Assembly (NCBI GenBank): GCA_024763035.1
Contig: JANTGG010000002.1
Span: 48,970-112,969, forward strand
DNA length: 64,000 nt
Direction: 5' to 3'
DNA from: Desulfocapsa sp.
GTDB lineage: Bacteria > Desulfobacterota > Desulfobulbia > Desulfobulbales > Desulfocapsaceae
The position numbers and the translations under genes were made by a program. Below are positions 28,514 through 38,732 of this stretch, piece by piece; position 1 is the stretch's first letter, and each line of letters starts with the position of its first letter. Under the pieces are notes generated by a model, which saw only the letters and a list, made by a program, of their open reading frames with translations, had not been told where the DNA came from and made no database searches.

Positions 28514-29797
28514 ATGACACAAGCTGATATAAACCTACTGGAACAGGAACTGGAAAGTGCCCGTCAGGCACTCAATCAGCTCCGGTATCAAAACGAGATG
28601 ATGCTGCGCTGGGTTGAAGGTGCCGTTCTTCTTGTGGATAAAACAGGCACAATCATTCAGGCCAATGAAGTTGCCCTGCGTGCTCTGGGCTGGCAGGAAG
28701 AAGAACTCATCGGGCAAAATTGTCACGAGACCATCCATCATACACTGGAGGATGGCAGTGAGTATCCCTGGGATTTCTGCCCCGTTTTTGCAGCCCTTGA
28801 GGACGGCTCTTCACACCATGTCAGTGGAGACATCTTCTGGTGCAGGGATGGCACAAGTTTTTCTGTTGACTTTATTGCCTGCTCCACCCGCAATGAACAG
28901 AATGAAATCAACGGAGCTGTGCTCACCTTCCGCAATCTCACTGAATTGCGTATGCAGGAGGCCAAACGAATCCACGGCATGAAACTTGAATCCATCGGAG
29001 AACTTTCTGCCGGAATTGCCCACGAAATCAACACGCCCATGCAGTTTGTCGGCACCAACCTTTCCTTTCTCCGTGAAGGATTTGATGATATTCTTGAGCT
29101 CTGCGACCGTTATAAAAAATTTCGAAAGGATGTCGCACAGGAGGAGAAATTTCACTCAATCTGTGAGGAACTTGCTGAATTTGAAGAAGAGATTGACATA
29201 AGCTACATTGAAGAAGAGGTTCCCGCCGCCTTTCAGCAGACCCAGGATGGTGTGGAAAGGGTGGTCAAACTTGTACAGGGGTTGAAAGGATTTGCCCATT
29301 CTGACAGTGAACAGATGAAACAATCAGTGGATGTTAATGATGTTATTAAAAATACATTGGTGGTGAGTCGTAATGAGTATAAGTATGTGGCAGATGTTGA
29401 GACGAACCTTGGTGTGTTACCAAGGATTCTGATTCATCCCGGAGACATTGGTCAGGTCATCCTTAATCTGATCATCAATGGTGCTCATGCCATAGCTGAT
29501 GTGGTTAAGGAAACAGGAGGAAAAGGATCTATTCGTATTGAAAGCAGGCAACAGGATGATGAGATTATTATTACAGTCACCGATACCGGTGGAGGGATAC
29601 CGGATTCTGTCAGGAATCGGATATTTGACCCGTTTTTTACCACCAAGGAGGTTGGTCGCGGATCAGGTCAGGGACTGGCTATTTCCAGATCCATAATCCA
29701 CGAAAAACACCAGGGGACACTGTCTTTTACTTCAACAACGGGACAGGGAACAAGCTTTTCTATTCACCTGCCCATGGAAACGCCTGCCGATAAATAA
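28514..29797 (+). CDS. PAS histidine kinase
   Basis: PAS (CHETIHH), AHEINTP, FDPFFTTK, GSGQGL; SD GGAAGGA before ATG 28514. Confidence 0.9.
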   Translation: MTQADINLLEQELESARQALNQLRYQNEMMLRWVEGAVLLVDKTGTIIQANEVALRALGWQEEELIGQNCHETIHHTLEDGSEYPWDFCPVFAALEDGSSHHVSGDIFWCRDGTSFSVDFIACSTRNEQNEINGAVLTFRNLTELRMQEAKRIHGMKLESIGELSAGIAHEINTPMQFVGTNLSFLREGFDDILELCDRYKKFRKDVAQEEKFHSICEELAEFEEEIDISYIEEEVPAAFQQTQDGVERVVKLVQGLKGFAHSDSEQMKQSVDVNDVIKNTLVVSRNEYKYVADVETNLGVLPRILIHPGDIGQVILNLIINGAHAIADVVKETGGKGSIRIESRQQDDEIIITVTDTGGGIPDSVRNRIFDPFFTTKEVGRGSGQGLAISRSIIHEKHQGTLSFTSTTGQGTSFSIHLPMETPADK

Positions 29798-29868
29798 GTC
29801 GGGCGTTGGTGTTCCTTGCACATGCAGAAAGAAGAGTGGCGTTGAGTAAGTATTGTACAGAATTCGAT

Positions 29869-30780
29869 TCACACCCGGATACAGTAAGCAATGATACGGT
29901 TACGTCCGCTACGTTTGGCCTCGTATAATGCTTTGTCGGATTGTTCAATAAGGGTGTGGGGTGCAAGATCATCAGATGCAGGATTGCAGGTCGCCACACC
30001 CATGCTGACGGTGACCATATCGCTGGCGAGCGAGTCCCTGTGAGGAATACAGTGAGATGCTATTTTCTTTCGGATTTTACCCGCCACATGCATGGCACCA
30101 TCTGGTTTTGTATCAGGAAGGATACAGCATAATTCCTCACCACCATAGCGGGCCACCATATCCATGGGGCGATTCAGCACCTCCTGTACCGCCCTGGCAA
30201 TCTTAATGAGACACTGGTCACCCATTTGATGACCATAGCAGTCGTTATACAGCTTAAAATAATCCACATCGATCATGATAAGTGAGAGGGCGTGCTGTTC
30301 CCTTCGGCAGTTTTTCAGCTGCCGGGAAAGATATCGGTTGAAATAACGCCGGTTGGGGATAGTCAGCAAACCGTCAAGTTTGGCCTCCTGTTTGAGAATA
30401 TTCTCCATTGCCTGTCGGGCAAGGCGATCCTGTCGTGCGATAATGATCTGACCGAGAGCTGTTGTCAGTGGAGAAAGATATTCTATAAGTTTAAAACTAT
30501 ATTCTCTTTTCCCATTGATCAGTCCGATAAGGCCGACTACCCGGGAAGAAACCAGAACCGGGATCCCTAAAAAGGATTCGATCCCAGGGGGACCGGTCGA
30601 TATTTCCGTGTTGTGAGGATCATGGAGAGGATAATTTTTGACAACAGGTGCGTTTGTGAGAATGGCTCTCCCAAACAAATTGTCAAGGTTATGTAATTCC
30701 AGTCCTTTGTCTTTGTCGCCCCTGCATAGGGTGACAGTGTCATCAGCCCAGGACAGGTCATTGAGACCATGAAGCAGCAC
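29869..30780 (-). CDS. GAF-GGDEF diguanylate cyclase; N-terminus appears truncated or frameshifted
   Basis: DVDYFKLYND.YGH..GD, RxxD I-site (RPMD), GGEEL; GAF-like sequence continues in frame to 30840 with no start codon. Confidence 0.82.
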   Translation of the reverse strand: MLLHGLNDLSWADDTVTLCRGDKDKGLELHNLDNLFGRAILTNAPVVKNYPLHDPHNTEISTGPPGIESFLGIPVLVSSRVVGLIGLINGKREYSFKLIEYLSPLTTALGQIIIARQDRLARQAMENILKQEAKLDGLLTIPNRRYFNRYLSRQLKNCRREQHALSLIMIDVDYFKLYNDCYGHQMGDQCLIKIARAVQEVLNRPMDMVARYGGEELCCILPDTKPDGAMHVAGKIRKKIASHCIPHRDSLASDMVTVSMGVATCNPASDDLAPHTLIEQSDKALYEAKRSGRNRIIAYCIRV

Positions 30781-30836
30781 ATACGGTTGCTTTTCAGGAT
30801 CGAGGAGAACATCACCGGTTATCGAAAGGCGACTTT

Positions 30837-32477
30837 TTATTCATTGGTTCCGGCACCCTTGTCTTCCCTCAGAGGAAGGCGGATGGTAAAGGTCGTCCCC
30901 TTGCCCGGCTCACTGTCAACAGTGATGCTGCCGTGATGCTTTATGGTGACCACATCCTGGGCAATGGATAATCCCTGACCAGTGCCATTGCCCACTTCTT
31001 TTGTCGTGAAGAACGGGTCAAAAATACGTTTTCTTACCTCTTCCGGCATACCGCTGCCGCTGTCACTGATACGAATTACCGCAAAATCCTGCTCTGTATC
31101 CGTTGAAAGGGTGATGGTTCCCTTGTCGTCATTTCCACACTGTTTCTGCTGCTCGGCAATGGCATGGGCACCATTGACTATAATATTGAGAAAAACCTGT
31201 CCCATTTCCTCGCTCAGGCAGGGAACCATGGGGAAGTCCCTGGAAAAATCTGTCTCAATTTCAGCCACATATTTCCACTCATTGGCGGAGATAGTGAGGG
31301 TGTTATTGATAATATCATTGAGGTTGGCAGGAGCCATCTCTTTGCTGCCGGGATGTGAGAATTCTTTCATGGCTCGAACAATGGCAGAGACCCGGTTCAC
31401 CCCGTCCCTGGTCTGCTGCAGAGCAGCCGGCACCTCTTCACTGAGGAATTCCCAGTCCGCCTCCTCCATAGCCCTGCGAACAGCACTTACCTGGTCCACA
31501 GTCAGTGCGTTACCTCCCGCCTCCTCGCACTCTTTTTCAACAGTGCTCATCAGGGTGGAAATATCGTCAAAACTTTCGGAAAAGAAATCTATATTGGTGC
31601 CGATATATTGAATCGGGGTATTGATTTCATGGGCCATACCTGCGGCGAGCTGACCCACCGATTCCAGTTTGGATTGCTGCAGCAACTGAGTCTGCATCTG
31701 TTCCCGTTCCTGTTCCATTTCTGTTCTTTTGGTAATGTCCAGAAAATCTTCTACAATACCGACAAGTTCCCCTTCGTTGTTTCTGTATGGTGTTGAAGTA
31801 ATGGTGTAATGACGTTGCTCATTGTCTTGACGGATTTTAATGCAATCTTCCCGAATTGCTTTACCAGTCCGAAAGATTTGCCGAAGTGCACAATCATCGG
31901 ATTGTTCACAGGATTCATTCCTGAAATGAGAAAAACATTTTGACCCAACCAGCTCTTCTGCAGACAAACCGGTCATAGTGCAAAAGGTTGCATTCACCCT
32001 GACAACGGTTCTATCCTGGTCAATTAAGCGCACACCTGTTGAGATAGTGTTCAATATCTGGTCGATCTCACCATGCATTGCATCAAGATCATCCATGGCA
32101 TGCTGTAAATCCAGGGTTCGTTCTGCAACCCGCTGTTCAAGGTGCTGATTCGCCTCCTTCAGTTGATTTTCCTTGTCAAGGATTTCATCGACGGTCTTCC
32201 GGGTCAGGCGGATAACCAGAAAAACAAAAAAAGCACCTCCAAGGAACACCGATCCGGTGATTAATTCCACGGGCAGAGGAATTTTTGACAGCGATACAAC
32301 AATGAACCCGAGGTAACCGATCAGGAAAAAACCCATGAAGCCTGTCAGCACAATCCATCGTTTACGGACAAGATCAGGAAGCCCGATGAGCATCTTCAAG
32401 CTGAGCAGGATGGACGTCAGCATAAAACCGGCGCCGATAAGAATTAATCCGTTGGAAAAAAGAGTGTCTAGAGTCAT
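30837..32477 (-). CDS. Membrane PAS histidine kinase
   Basis: Three N-terminal TM segments, PAS, AHEINTP, FDPFFTTK. Confidence 0.9.
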   Translation of the reverse strand: MTLDTLFSNGLILIGAGFMLTSILLSLKMLIGLPDLVRKRWIVLTGFMGFFLIGYLGFIVVSLSKIPLPVELITGSVFLGGAFFVFLVIRLTRKTVDEILDKENQLKEANQHLEQRVAERTLDLQHAMDDLDAMHGEIDQILNTISTGVRLIDQDRTVVRVNATFCTMTGLSAEELVGSKCFSHFRNESCEQSDDCALRQIFRTGKAIREDCIKIRQDNEQRHYTITSTPYRNNEGELVGIVEDFLDITKRTEMEQEREQMQTQLLQQSKLESVGQLAAGMAHEINTPIQYIGTNIDFFSESFDDISTLMSTVEKECEEAGGNALTVDQVSAVRRAMEEADWEFLSEEVPAALQQTRDGVNRVSAIVRAMKEFSHPGSKEMAPANLNDIINNTLTISANEWKYVAEIETDFSRDFPMVPCLSEEMGQVFLNIIVNGAHAIAEQQKQCGNDDKGTITLSTDTEQDFAVIRISDSGSGMPEEVRKRIFDPFFTTKEVGNGTGQGLSIAQDVVTIKHHGSITVDSEPGKGTTFTIRLPLREDKGAGTNE

Positions 32478-32528
32478 GATGATGAATTTCTTTATTGATT
32501 GTTGGTTAAACAGTATCTCTTGCAGAGC

Positions 32529-34232
32529 TTATGTCTTTTCTGCTTCATTCGTTTCATGTTCCAGGGGTAAAAGGATTGTAAAGGTACTGCCCTTACCAGG
32601 ATGAGAGGTGATATCAATGCTTCCATGATGTTTATTCACCACCACATCCCTGGCAATGGCCAAGCCCTGACCGCTGCCTTTGCCCACCTCCTTGGTGGTG
32701 AAAAAAGGATCAAATATTTTTTCACAGACAGCTGTGCTCATGCCCTTGCCGGTATCAGAGAGTGAAATTTCCAGCTGTTTGTCAAGTAACCGTGTGCGGA
32801 TGGTGATTCTGCCCTTTTCCTCTCCGGAAATTTCCAGCTGATCAGCAATGGCATGGGCAGCATTAACAATCATATTGAGAACGACCTGATTGAGTGCATC
32901 CGGAAAACAGGGGATTCGGGGAAGATCCGGAGCCAGATCCATTTCAAGATCCGCGACATATTTCCATTCGTTTTTCGCCACGGTTACGGTATTTTCAATA
33001 TTGCTGTTGATGTCGCTGAGTTCTGCTTCACCACTCGCCGGTCTGGAAAAAGATTTCATGGCACTGACAATTTTTATAATCCGGCGCAATCCTTCTTTTG
33101 ACTGGGCAAGGGCATCGGGCACTTCTTCGGCAAGGTACTGCCAGTCAAGATCATCCCAGGCTGACTGCAGATCTGTCATGTCTTTTAACTGTTTATCGGA
33201 ATCAGACTCCCCTATAACCGGGGTGAGAGATTCCATAAATCCGGAGAGCTCTTCATATGTTTCTGCAAAAAAGTCTACGTTGGTGAGTACATACTGGGTC
33301 GGAGTGTTGATTTCATGGGCAATGCCTGCGGCGAGCTGCCCTACGGCTTCAAGTTTCTGGGTCTGGGAAAGCTGTTGTTCCATGGCAACCATATCTGTAA
33401 TGTCTCGCAGGGCAATAACTTTGTCAATGGTCTTGATAGATGGAACAGCGGCAGAAGAAAATTCCAGATGCAGAGGCTGCTCTGCAAGTGTGATAAGCAG
33501 TTTGCCCTGAGCATGCTCTGCCAGTGACTCCTTCAGACTGTTTAGAATATGCTCCCTGATTTTGATATTCTCCATCCCGGTACGTTCAGTCCAGTGAGAA
33601 ATCATGCTCGCAAAGAAGTCATTATGTTCCGTATACTGCCCCTCTCCGTCACTGGTGAGCAGAGCAAGGGGAATCACCTGAAAAACATCTTCAATGTATT
33701 CCTTTTGCTGCCTGATCTCTTCCATGGCTTTATGAATACGTTCAACCTGGTCTTCAAGCTGTTTATTTACTGCAAGTTGATGCACATAAAAAATGCTGAT
33801 GATTAGTAAAAGAACGGCAACCAGCATTCCGTATGCGACACCATAAACAGTTGTGTCATTCCATCTGACGAGAAGAGTGCCTATTCTTGAATCATTTTTT
33901 GTAACCGGCACCTTGATGGTTCTTTCAGGAGTCAGTCCAAGCATCTGCAGCCCTCTCTTTACAGTGCTTTTGTCCTGCCGGGTTACCTCTGAAAAAATTT
34001 CGCCGCTGGATTCCAGCACAGTGATGGAAAGATAATGATAACGCTCCAGTATAATATGCAGGTATTCATCCATTAAATGATTATTGAAATTCCATAATGG
34101 GTTTGCGGCAATCCGTGCATGTTCAACAGTATCCTGTTCCACATCCCGTATCAGGCTGTGATGATACATATTGCTGAAAAGAATCAGCGCAAGACAGATA
34201 ATGAGAGAGAAGGTAACGGTGTTACGTTTCAT
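32529..34232 (-). CDS. Membrane sensor histidine kinase (start probably ATG 34232)
   Basis: Two TM segments flanking a periplasmic domain, AHEINTP, FDPFFTTK. Confidence 0.88.
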   Translation of the reverse strand: MKRNTVTFSLIICLALILFSNMYHHSLIRDVEQDTVEHARIAANPLWNFNNHLMDEYLHIILERYHYLSITVLESSGEIFSEVTRQDKSTVKRGLQMLGLTPERTIKVPVTKNDSRIGTLLVRWNDTTVYGVAYGMLVAVLLLIISIFYVHQLAVNKQLEDQVERIHKAMEEIRQQKEYIEDVFQVIPLALLTSDGEGQYTEHNDFFASMISHWTERTGMENIKIREHILNSLKESLAEHAQGKLLITLAEQPLHLEFSSAAVPSIKTIDKVIALRDITDMVAMEQQLSQTQKLEAVGQLAAGIAHEINTPTQYVLTNVDFFAETYEELSGFMESLTPVIGESDSDKQLKDMTDLQSAWDDLDWQYLAEEVPDALAQSKEGLRRIIKIVSAMKSFSRPASGEAELSDINSNIENTVTVAKNEWKYVADLEMDLAPDLPRIPCFPDALNQVVLNMIVNAAHAIADQLEISGEEKGRITIRTRLLDKQLEISLSDTGKGMSTAVCEKIFDPFFTTKEVGKGSGQGLAIARDVVVNKHHGSIDITSHPGKGSTFTILLPLEHETNEAEKT

Positions 34233-35394
34233 CTTTTCCGGAATCCTGTTCTTCGTTGTTAAGACCGGTATGAACCGTAATCGGTTCCACAATACCCACC
34301 TGATTGTTGAAATTATGCAGGGCCTGCAGCACAGACCAGCTGATTTCCTGGCCTGCCGGAAGAATCATTGCCCCGTTTTTAGCAACAATATCTTCTTCGG
34401 CAATCATGCCGACAGTAATCTCGCCAACAGTCAGGGACAATGTGCAGACATGTTTCTGAAAACGGAAATTAGCCAACGCCTTTATAATGTCAGGATTATA
34501 GTCATCACCTTTTCTTCTCAGCTGTTTCATTGCCTGGGAGGAATCCATTCCCTGATGCTGCAGGATATCAAAATCGATGACTGCCTTTAGAATCTGGGCG
34601 CCGGTAAGGACCTCCTCAAATTCAGCAATTGTGTCTTCTTCAGTAAAATGGCTATACTTTTTCTGTTGCCAGCGAATCATTTTTGTTACACTTTCCAGGC
34701 GGGGGATCTGCTCAAGCAGCCGAGCCCCGATCTCCGGATACTTCTCCCACATCTCCTGTTCTGTATCATCAAGGGCAATACCCGCATATTTTTTGTTGAT
34801 AATATCCGTTGGCAGTGAAGTACAGCCTATCTGTGACAGCAGGGAGGCGACTTCAATCTTCCACAGGTCAGTCAGCTCCAGCTGACGGGCAACATCACAG
34901 GCATACTCTTTGATTCGCAGTCCGGCACTGAAGACTGTGGGATTTGCCTGGCTGAGTAATTCTGAGAGGACAGTGACACTTCCTCTAAGTGTTTTCTGCA
35001 GTAATTCTTTTTCTGCGGTGATCAACTTGTATTGCCGCTGTGCAAGGGCGAGGGATGGAACCAGTATGGCGGTGGAGCATGGCTTGGTTAAAAAACGAAA
35101 AATCTGACCGGCATTCACAGCTTCCATGGCTGTTTCCTGATCTGCATTCCCGGTGAGCATGATACGAACGATTTCAGGATACAGCTCCTTGACTCTGGAT
35201 AACAATTCCACACCGTTCATGCCGGGCATACGCATGTCTGAAACAATAACAGCAAATGGCCCTTCTTCCTTAAGGATTTTCAGGGCTTCGTCTCCAGACA
35301 TTGCTGTCTGCATAGAAAAACGTTTCCTCAACTGTCGCTTCATGGATTGAAGGACATTTTCTTCGTCATCGACAAAGAGTATTTTCTCAGTCAT
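34222..35394 (-). CDS. Response regulator with degenerate HD-type output domain (start ATG 35394, not 35652)
   Basis: ILFVDDE, VSDMRMPGMNG, LTKP; HD site reads LLSQIG. Confidence 0.85.
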   Translation of the reverse strand: MTEKILFVDDEENVLQSMKRQLRKRFSMQTAMSGDEALKILKEEGPFAVIVSDMRMPGMNGVELLSRVKELYPEIVRIMLTGNADQETAMEAVNAGQIFRFLTKPCSTAILVPSLALAQRQYKLITAEKELLQKTLRGSVTVLSELLSQANPTVFSAGLRIKEYACDVARQLELTDLWKIEVASLLSQIGCTSLPTDIINKKYAGIALDDTEQEMWEKYPEIGARLLEQIPRLESVTKMIRWQQKKYSHFTEEDTIAEFEEVLTGAQILKAVIDFDILQHQGMDSSQAMKQLRRKGDDYNPDIIKALANFRFQKHVCTLSLTVGEITVGMIAEEDIVAKNGAMILPAGQEISWSVLQALHNFNNQVGIVEPITVHTGLNNEEQDSGKDET

Positions 35395-36607
35395 TGTCTT
35401 CTCCCGGGTTCTGGAGTTTTTTGCACAGCTCAATCCAGGAGTCGACGTGGTCAAGCATGCCGAGCTGCTCAAGAATCGGTTCATTGAGCTGCGGAGCCGC
35501 ACCAATACAGACGTCAGGGTTGAGTTTGTAATAGAGACAGTCTGCAATATGAACAATGACCGGAGGGCAAAAGGAGATATCCGGATATTCCTCCAGCCGA
35601 TGATGGAAAGTAATTGATTCCACAACCACTCCTGGCAGTCCCCAGAGACCAATCAGATATCCGCCTATATCACCATGACAGGCTCCAAAAATATGGTGTT
35701 CGGACTCGTGGAGCAGGCACTGTGCCTCCACGGCCCGGCTTACAGCCTGTTCGTATTCGGTGTCCATTCTGGAAAAAAGCAGTAATTTCCCGACATCGTG
35801 GAGCAAAGCGGCGATAAAAGTGTTGTCGATGGTTTCCTTGTCATCAAGTTCCTGTAAGGCTATTCCCTTGGCAAAGGCTGCAGTGGTCATGGAGTGGGAC
35901 CAGAGAGCATTGACATTGAATACCTTACTGACCGGACTTTTCATCTCGGAAAACACACCGACCCCGAGGACAAGGGCTTTGATGGTGTCCAGACCAAGCA
36001 GATTGACTGCCCGAAAGGGACTCTCAATATGTGTGTACAGACCAAAAAAGGCGGAATTTACCAGCTGCAGCACCTTGGCGCTCATGGCGAGATCCTGCTC
36101 TATAATTTCTGCCACATCACCCAGACCGCTGTCAGGATTTTTAACCACATCCTGGAGCCTGGTATAGGTCTCGGGCAGACTGGGAAGACTGTCCACCTTG
36201 GAGATCAGTTCCTGCAGTCGTTCATCTGCCATGAGATCCTGCAGGGCCGATGCCCGTTCAATCACCTGTTTGAGGACCTCCGGATCTGCTGGTTTGGCAA
36301 GAAACTGATGGACGACTCCCACCGTACGCATAATGGATTCGTCATCAGCCTGACCGGTGAGCATGATACGAACCGCATGGGGATATTGTTCCTGGATTGT
36401 GGTCAGCAGGGCAGCACCGTCCATTCCAGGCATGCGCATGTCAGAGACTACAACATCAATTTTTTCAGAAGCCATAATGTCCAGGGCTTCCAGACCGTTT
36501 TCAGCAAACTGAAAATTCATGGTTTTTCGCATGGAGCGCAGCATTCTTTTTAATCCTGAGAGAATATTGGGCTCATCATCTACAAACAGAATGGTTTTTT
36601 TCCCCAT
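35387..36607 (-). CDS. Response regulator with HDOD domain
   Basis: ILFVDDE, VSDMRMPGMDG; LPSLP, DLAMSAKVLQLVNSAFFG, LLHDVGK, WGLP. Confidence 0.9.
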   Translation of the reverse strand: MGKKTILFVDDEPNILSGLKRMLRSMRKTMNFQFAENGLEALDIMASEKIDVVVSDMRMPGMDGAALLTTIQEQYPHAVRIMLTGQADDESIMRTVGVVHQFLAKPADPEVLKQVIERASALQDLMADERLQELISKVDSLPSLPETYTRLQDVVKNPDSGLGDVAEIIEQDLAMSAKVLQLVNSAFFGLYTHIESPFRAVNLLGLDTIKALVLGVGVFSEMKSPVSKVFNVNALWSHSMTTAAFAKGIALQELDDKETIDNTFIAALLHDVGKLLLFSRMDTEYEQAVSRAVEAQCLLHESEHHIFGACHGDIGGYLIGLWGLPGVVVESITFHHRLEEYPDISFCPPVIVHIADCLYYKLNPDVCIGAAPQLNEPILEQLGMLDHVDSWIELCKKLQNPGEDND

Positions 36608-36879
36608 AAGACATGTCTCCTCACTGTCCGGTGTTACTGTGCCAAAACCCGGGCTGCAGTCTGCAGGTTGGATTCGGGCATTTTAGTGAGCTGATCCCAC
36701 TGTTTCAAATAAATGCCCTGTTGTCGGAAAATTATGTAATTCACATCATGCCGCACTGTCCTTATGATGCTGATGAACAGGAAGCTGTCCGACAATACCC
36801 TGTCGTCCAGACTCTTCTTGTTTTACAGAATTTTATCCTCAGAATATCAACTGGATGCTTGCTGTAAAATTTGAAAACA

Positions 36880-37028
36880 TGATTAGCACTGAAGCTCAGG
36901 TAAATGTAAAATGGAACTGTAGGAGCTCGCCCCTGCGAACGATTTTCCAGGTCTGGCAACACCTTGAATCGCTCGCAGGGGCAAGCTCTTACGTCAAATC
37001 CAGATTAACTGTGCTTTGATGGTAATCA
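36880..37028 (+). mobile_element. MITE-like element family A, copy 1 (full length, with nested GTAG-type REP doublet at 36919-36992)
   Basis: Terminal inverted repeats TGATTAGCA/TGGTAATCA; internal GTAGGAGCTCGCCCCTGCG...CGCAGGGGCAAGCTCTTAC; arms recur at four other intergenic sites. Confidence 0.75.
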
Positions 37029-37365
37029 ATTTTAAAAATGTCTCGATTTTAAACGATATGCCTACTCCTGGACCAGCTCCTGATGGCGTGAAAAGGTTTA
37101 AGATAATCGCTGCCTGGTTTCAGCCTATCAAAATTGAAAGTCCTTATCCAGTCTTCCCTGAAAAAAACATTATGATTTTACTCTGTTTCATTTATGAGCC
37201 AATAATGGTTTTTTCCATGAAAAAATGTACATTCATTTTTTGACTATTTTCGTTCTGTCAGGCATAACTCATAAAAGAGGCAATTATTTTTATTGCTACC
37301 TCAGAAGTACTGATACTAAAGATTTCTTGTGACTTTCTTAAATTTCCTGAACGGAGGAGTGCTGC

Positions 37366-38679
37366 ATGTATATCAAAAAAAAATTATGGAAACTCTCTCT
37401 GACCATTCCGGGAGTGATCCTTTTTGCCGGCTCTGCCTGGGCAACCAACGGTATGAATATGATCGGCTATGGACCTCGTTCTGCTGCCATGGGCGGAGCC
37501 GATGTCGCTGTAACTTCTGATAGTTCTGCGGCTGCCGGGAATCCTGCTGCCATGGGAATCAGCAGTCCCCGCTCTGCCGCTATCGGGCTTTCTGTTCTCG
37601 CCCCCCATCTCAGCCTGTCCGATTCCAGGAATACTACTGATGGTGAGGATCAATTTTTTCCTCTGCCGCAGATGAGTTATGCACAACCCTTCGCTGATGG
37701 TTCCCCGTTGATCCTGGGGTTTAATCTCTATGCCCAGGGGGGAATGGGGGTGGATTTCAGGGATGTTGAGACATTTTCCGGGACCAGTGACTCATTGAGT
37801 TCTCAGGTAAGTTACGTGCGGTTTGCAGGGAGTTGTAACTATCGTGTGACTGACAGTTTGAGTGTGGGACTTACGGCAATGCTGGGGTATGCCGAGATGG
37901 ATTTCAGCCTCTTTCCCAATACTTACTCAGTGGGACGGGATGGTCAGGCGGGAACTGCTGATGATTTTGCCGGGGTGGACGCTTCCAACCTTGCAAATCT
38001 TGGTGTCGCCGGCCGGGTTGGTGTGCAGTATCAGCTCAGTCCCATGGTGCGCCTGGGCATGCAGTATACCAGTGAGGCGACGCTTGATCCCAAAAATGGA
38101 GATCTGACCCTGAACTTTGGGGCCATGCGGGTGGACTATGACGCTGAGGTGGAGGGCTTTACCTGGCCAAGGGAAGTTGAAGCAGGAATAGCCGTTCAGG
38201 CATCCGATAAACTGCTTCTGGCTGCTGATATTAAATGGCTGAACTGGTCATCTGCCATCGACAAGGTTGTGGTGAACGGGACATCTCCAAGCGAGGCTGG
38301 TATGCCATCCAGTCCCAGCCTTTTATTTAATATGAACTGGCAGGATCAGTGGGTTGTTGCTTTAGGCTGCGAGTACCTTGTCAGCACGGCACATACCCTG
38401 CGCATGGGCTATAACTATGGAAAAAATCCGGTGCCCGATGCTAATCTGAGTCCTCTCTTTCCAGCAACGGTGGAGCATCACCTGACAGTGGGCTATTCGT
38501 ATGTCTACAATTCGTACCATTTTGATTTTGCGTATGAACACGGTTTCGGTGAACAGTGGGTCAACAACAGCTACGGACCACCAGTTGATAATAATGGGAT
38601 CGCCAATCCTTTTGGACCGGGGGTGGCGGTGACGCATACCCAGGATGTGTTCCATTTTCAATTGAGTTATCTGTTTTAG
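37366..38679 (+). CDS. FadL/TodX-family outer-membrane channel (second paralog)
   Basis: Signal peptide, TNGMNMIG hatch, NPAAM motif, C-terminal YLF. Confidence 0.85.
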   Translation: MYIKKKLWKLSLTIPGVILFAGSAWATNGMNMIGYGPRSAAMGGADVAVTSDSSAAAGNPAAMGISSPRSAAIGLSVLAPHLSLSDSRNTTDGEDQFFPLPQMSYAQPFADGSPLILGFNLYAQGGMGVDFRDVETFSGTSDSLSSQVSYVRFAGSCNYRVTDSLSVGLTAMLGYAEMDFSLFPNTYSVGRDGQAGTADDFAGVDASNLANLGVAGRVGVQYQLSPMVRLGMQYTSEATLDPKNGDLTLNFGAMRVDYDAEVEGFTWPREVEAGIAVQASDKLLLAADIKWLNWSSAIDKVVVNGTSPSEAGMPSSPSLLFNMNWQDQWVVALGCEYLVSTAHTLRMGYNYGKNPVPDANLSPLFPATVEHHLTVGYSYVYNSYHFDFAYEHGFGEQWVNNSYGPPVDNNGIANPFGPGVAVTHTQDVFHFQLSYLF

Positions 38680-38732
38680 AAAGAGGTGTTGTCTGCCAAT
38701 TTTTTTTTGTCGTCCTGAGATGCCATCGCCGC

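Noticed and set aside
30567-30815. 82-aa ORF reachable by TGA (selenocysteine) read-through from ATG 30844
   Set aside because: No recognisable product or SECIS; the GAF homology lies in a different frame
36880-37028. Repeats as a CRISPR array
   Set aside because: The copies are dispersed singletons with no spacer periodicity and no cas genes
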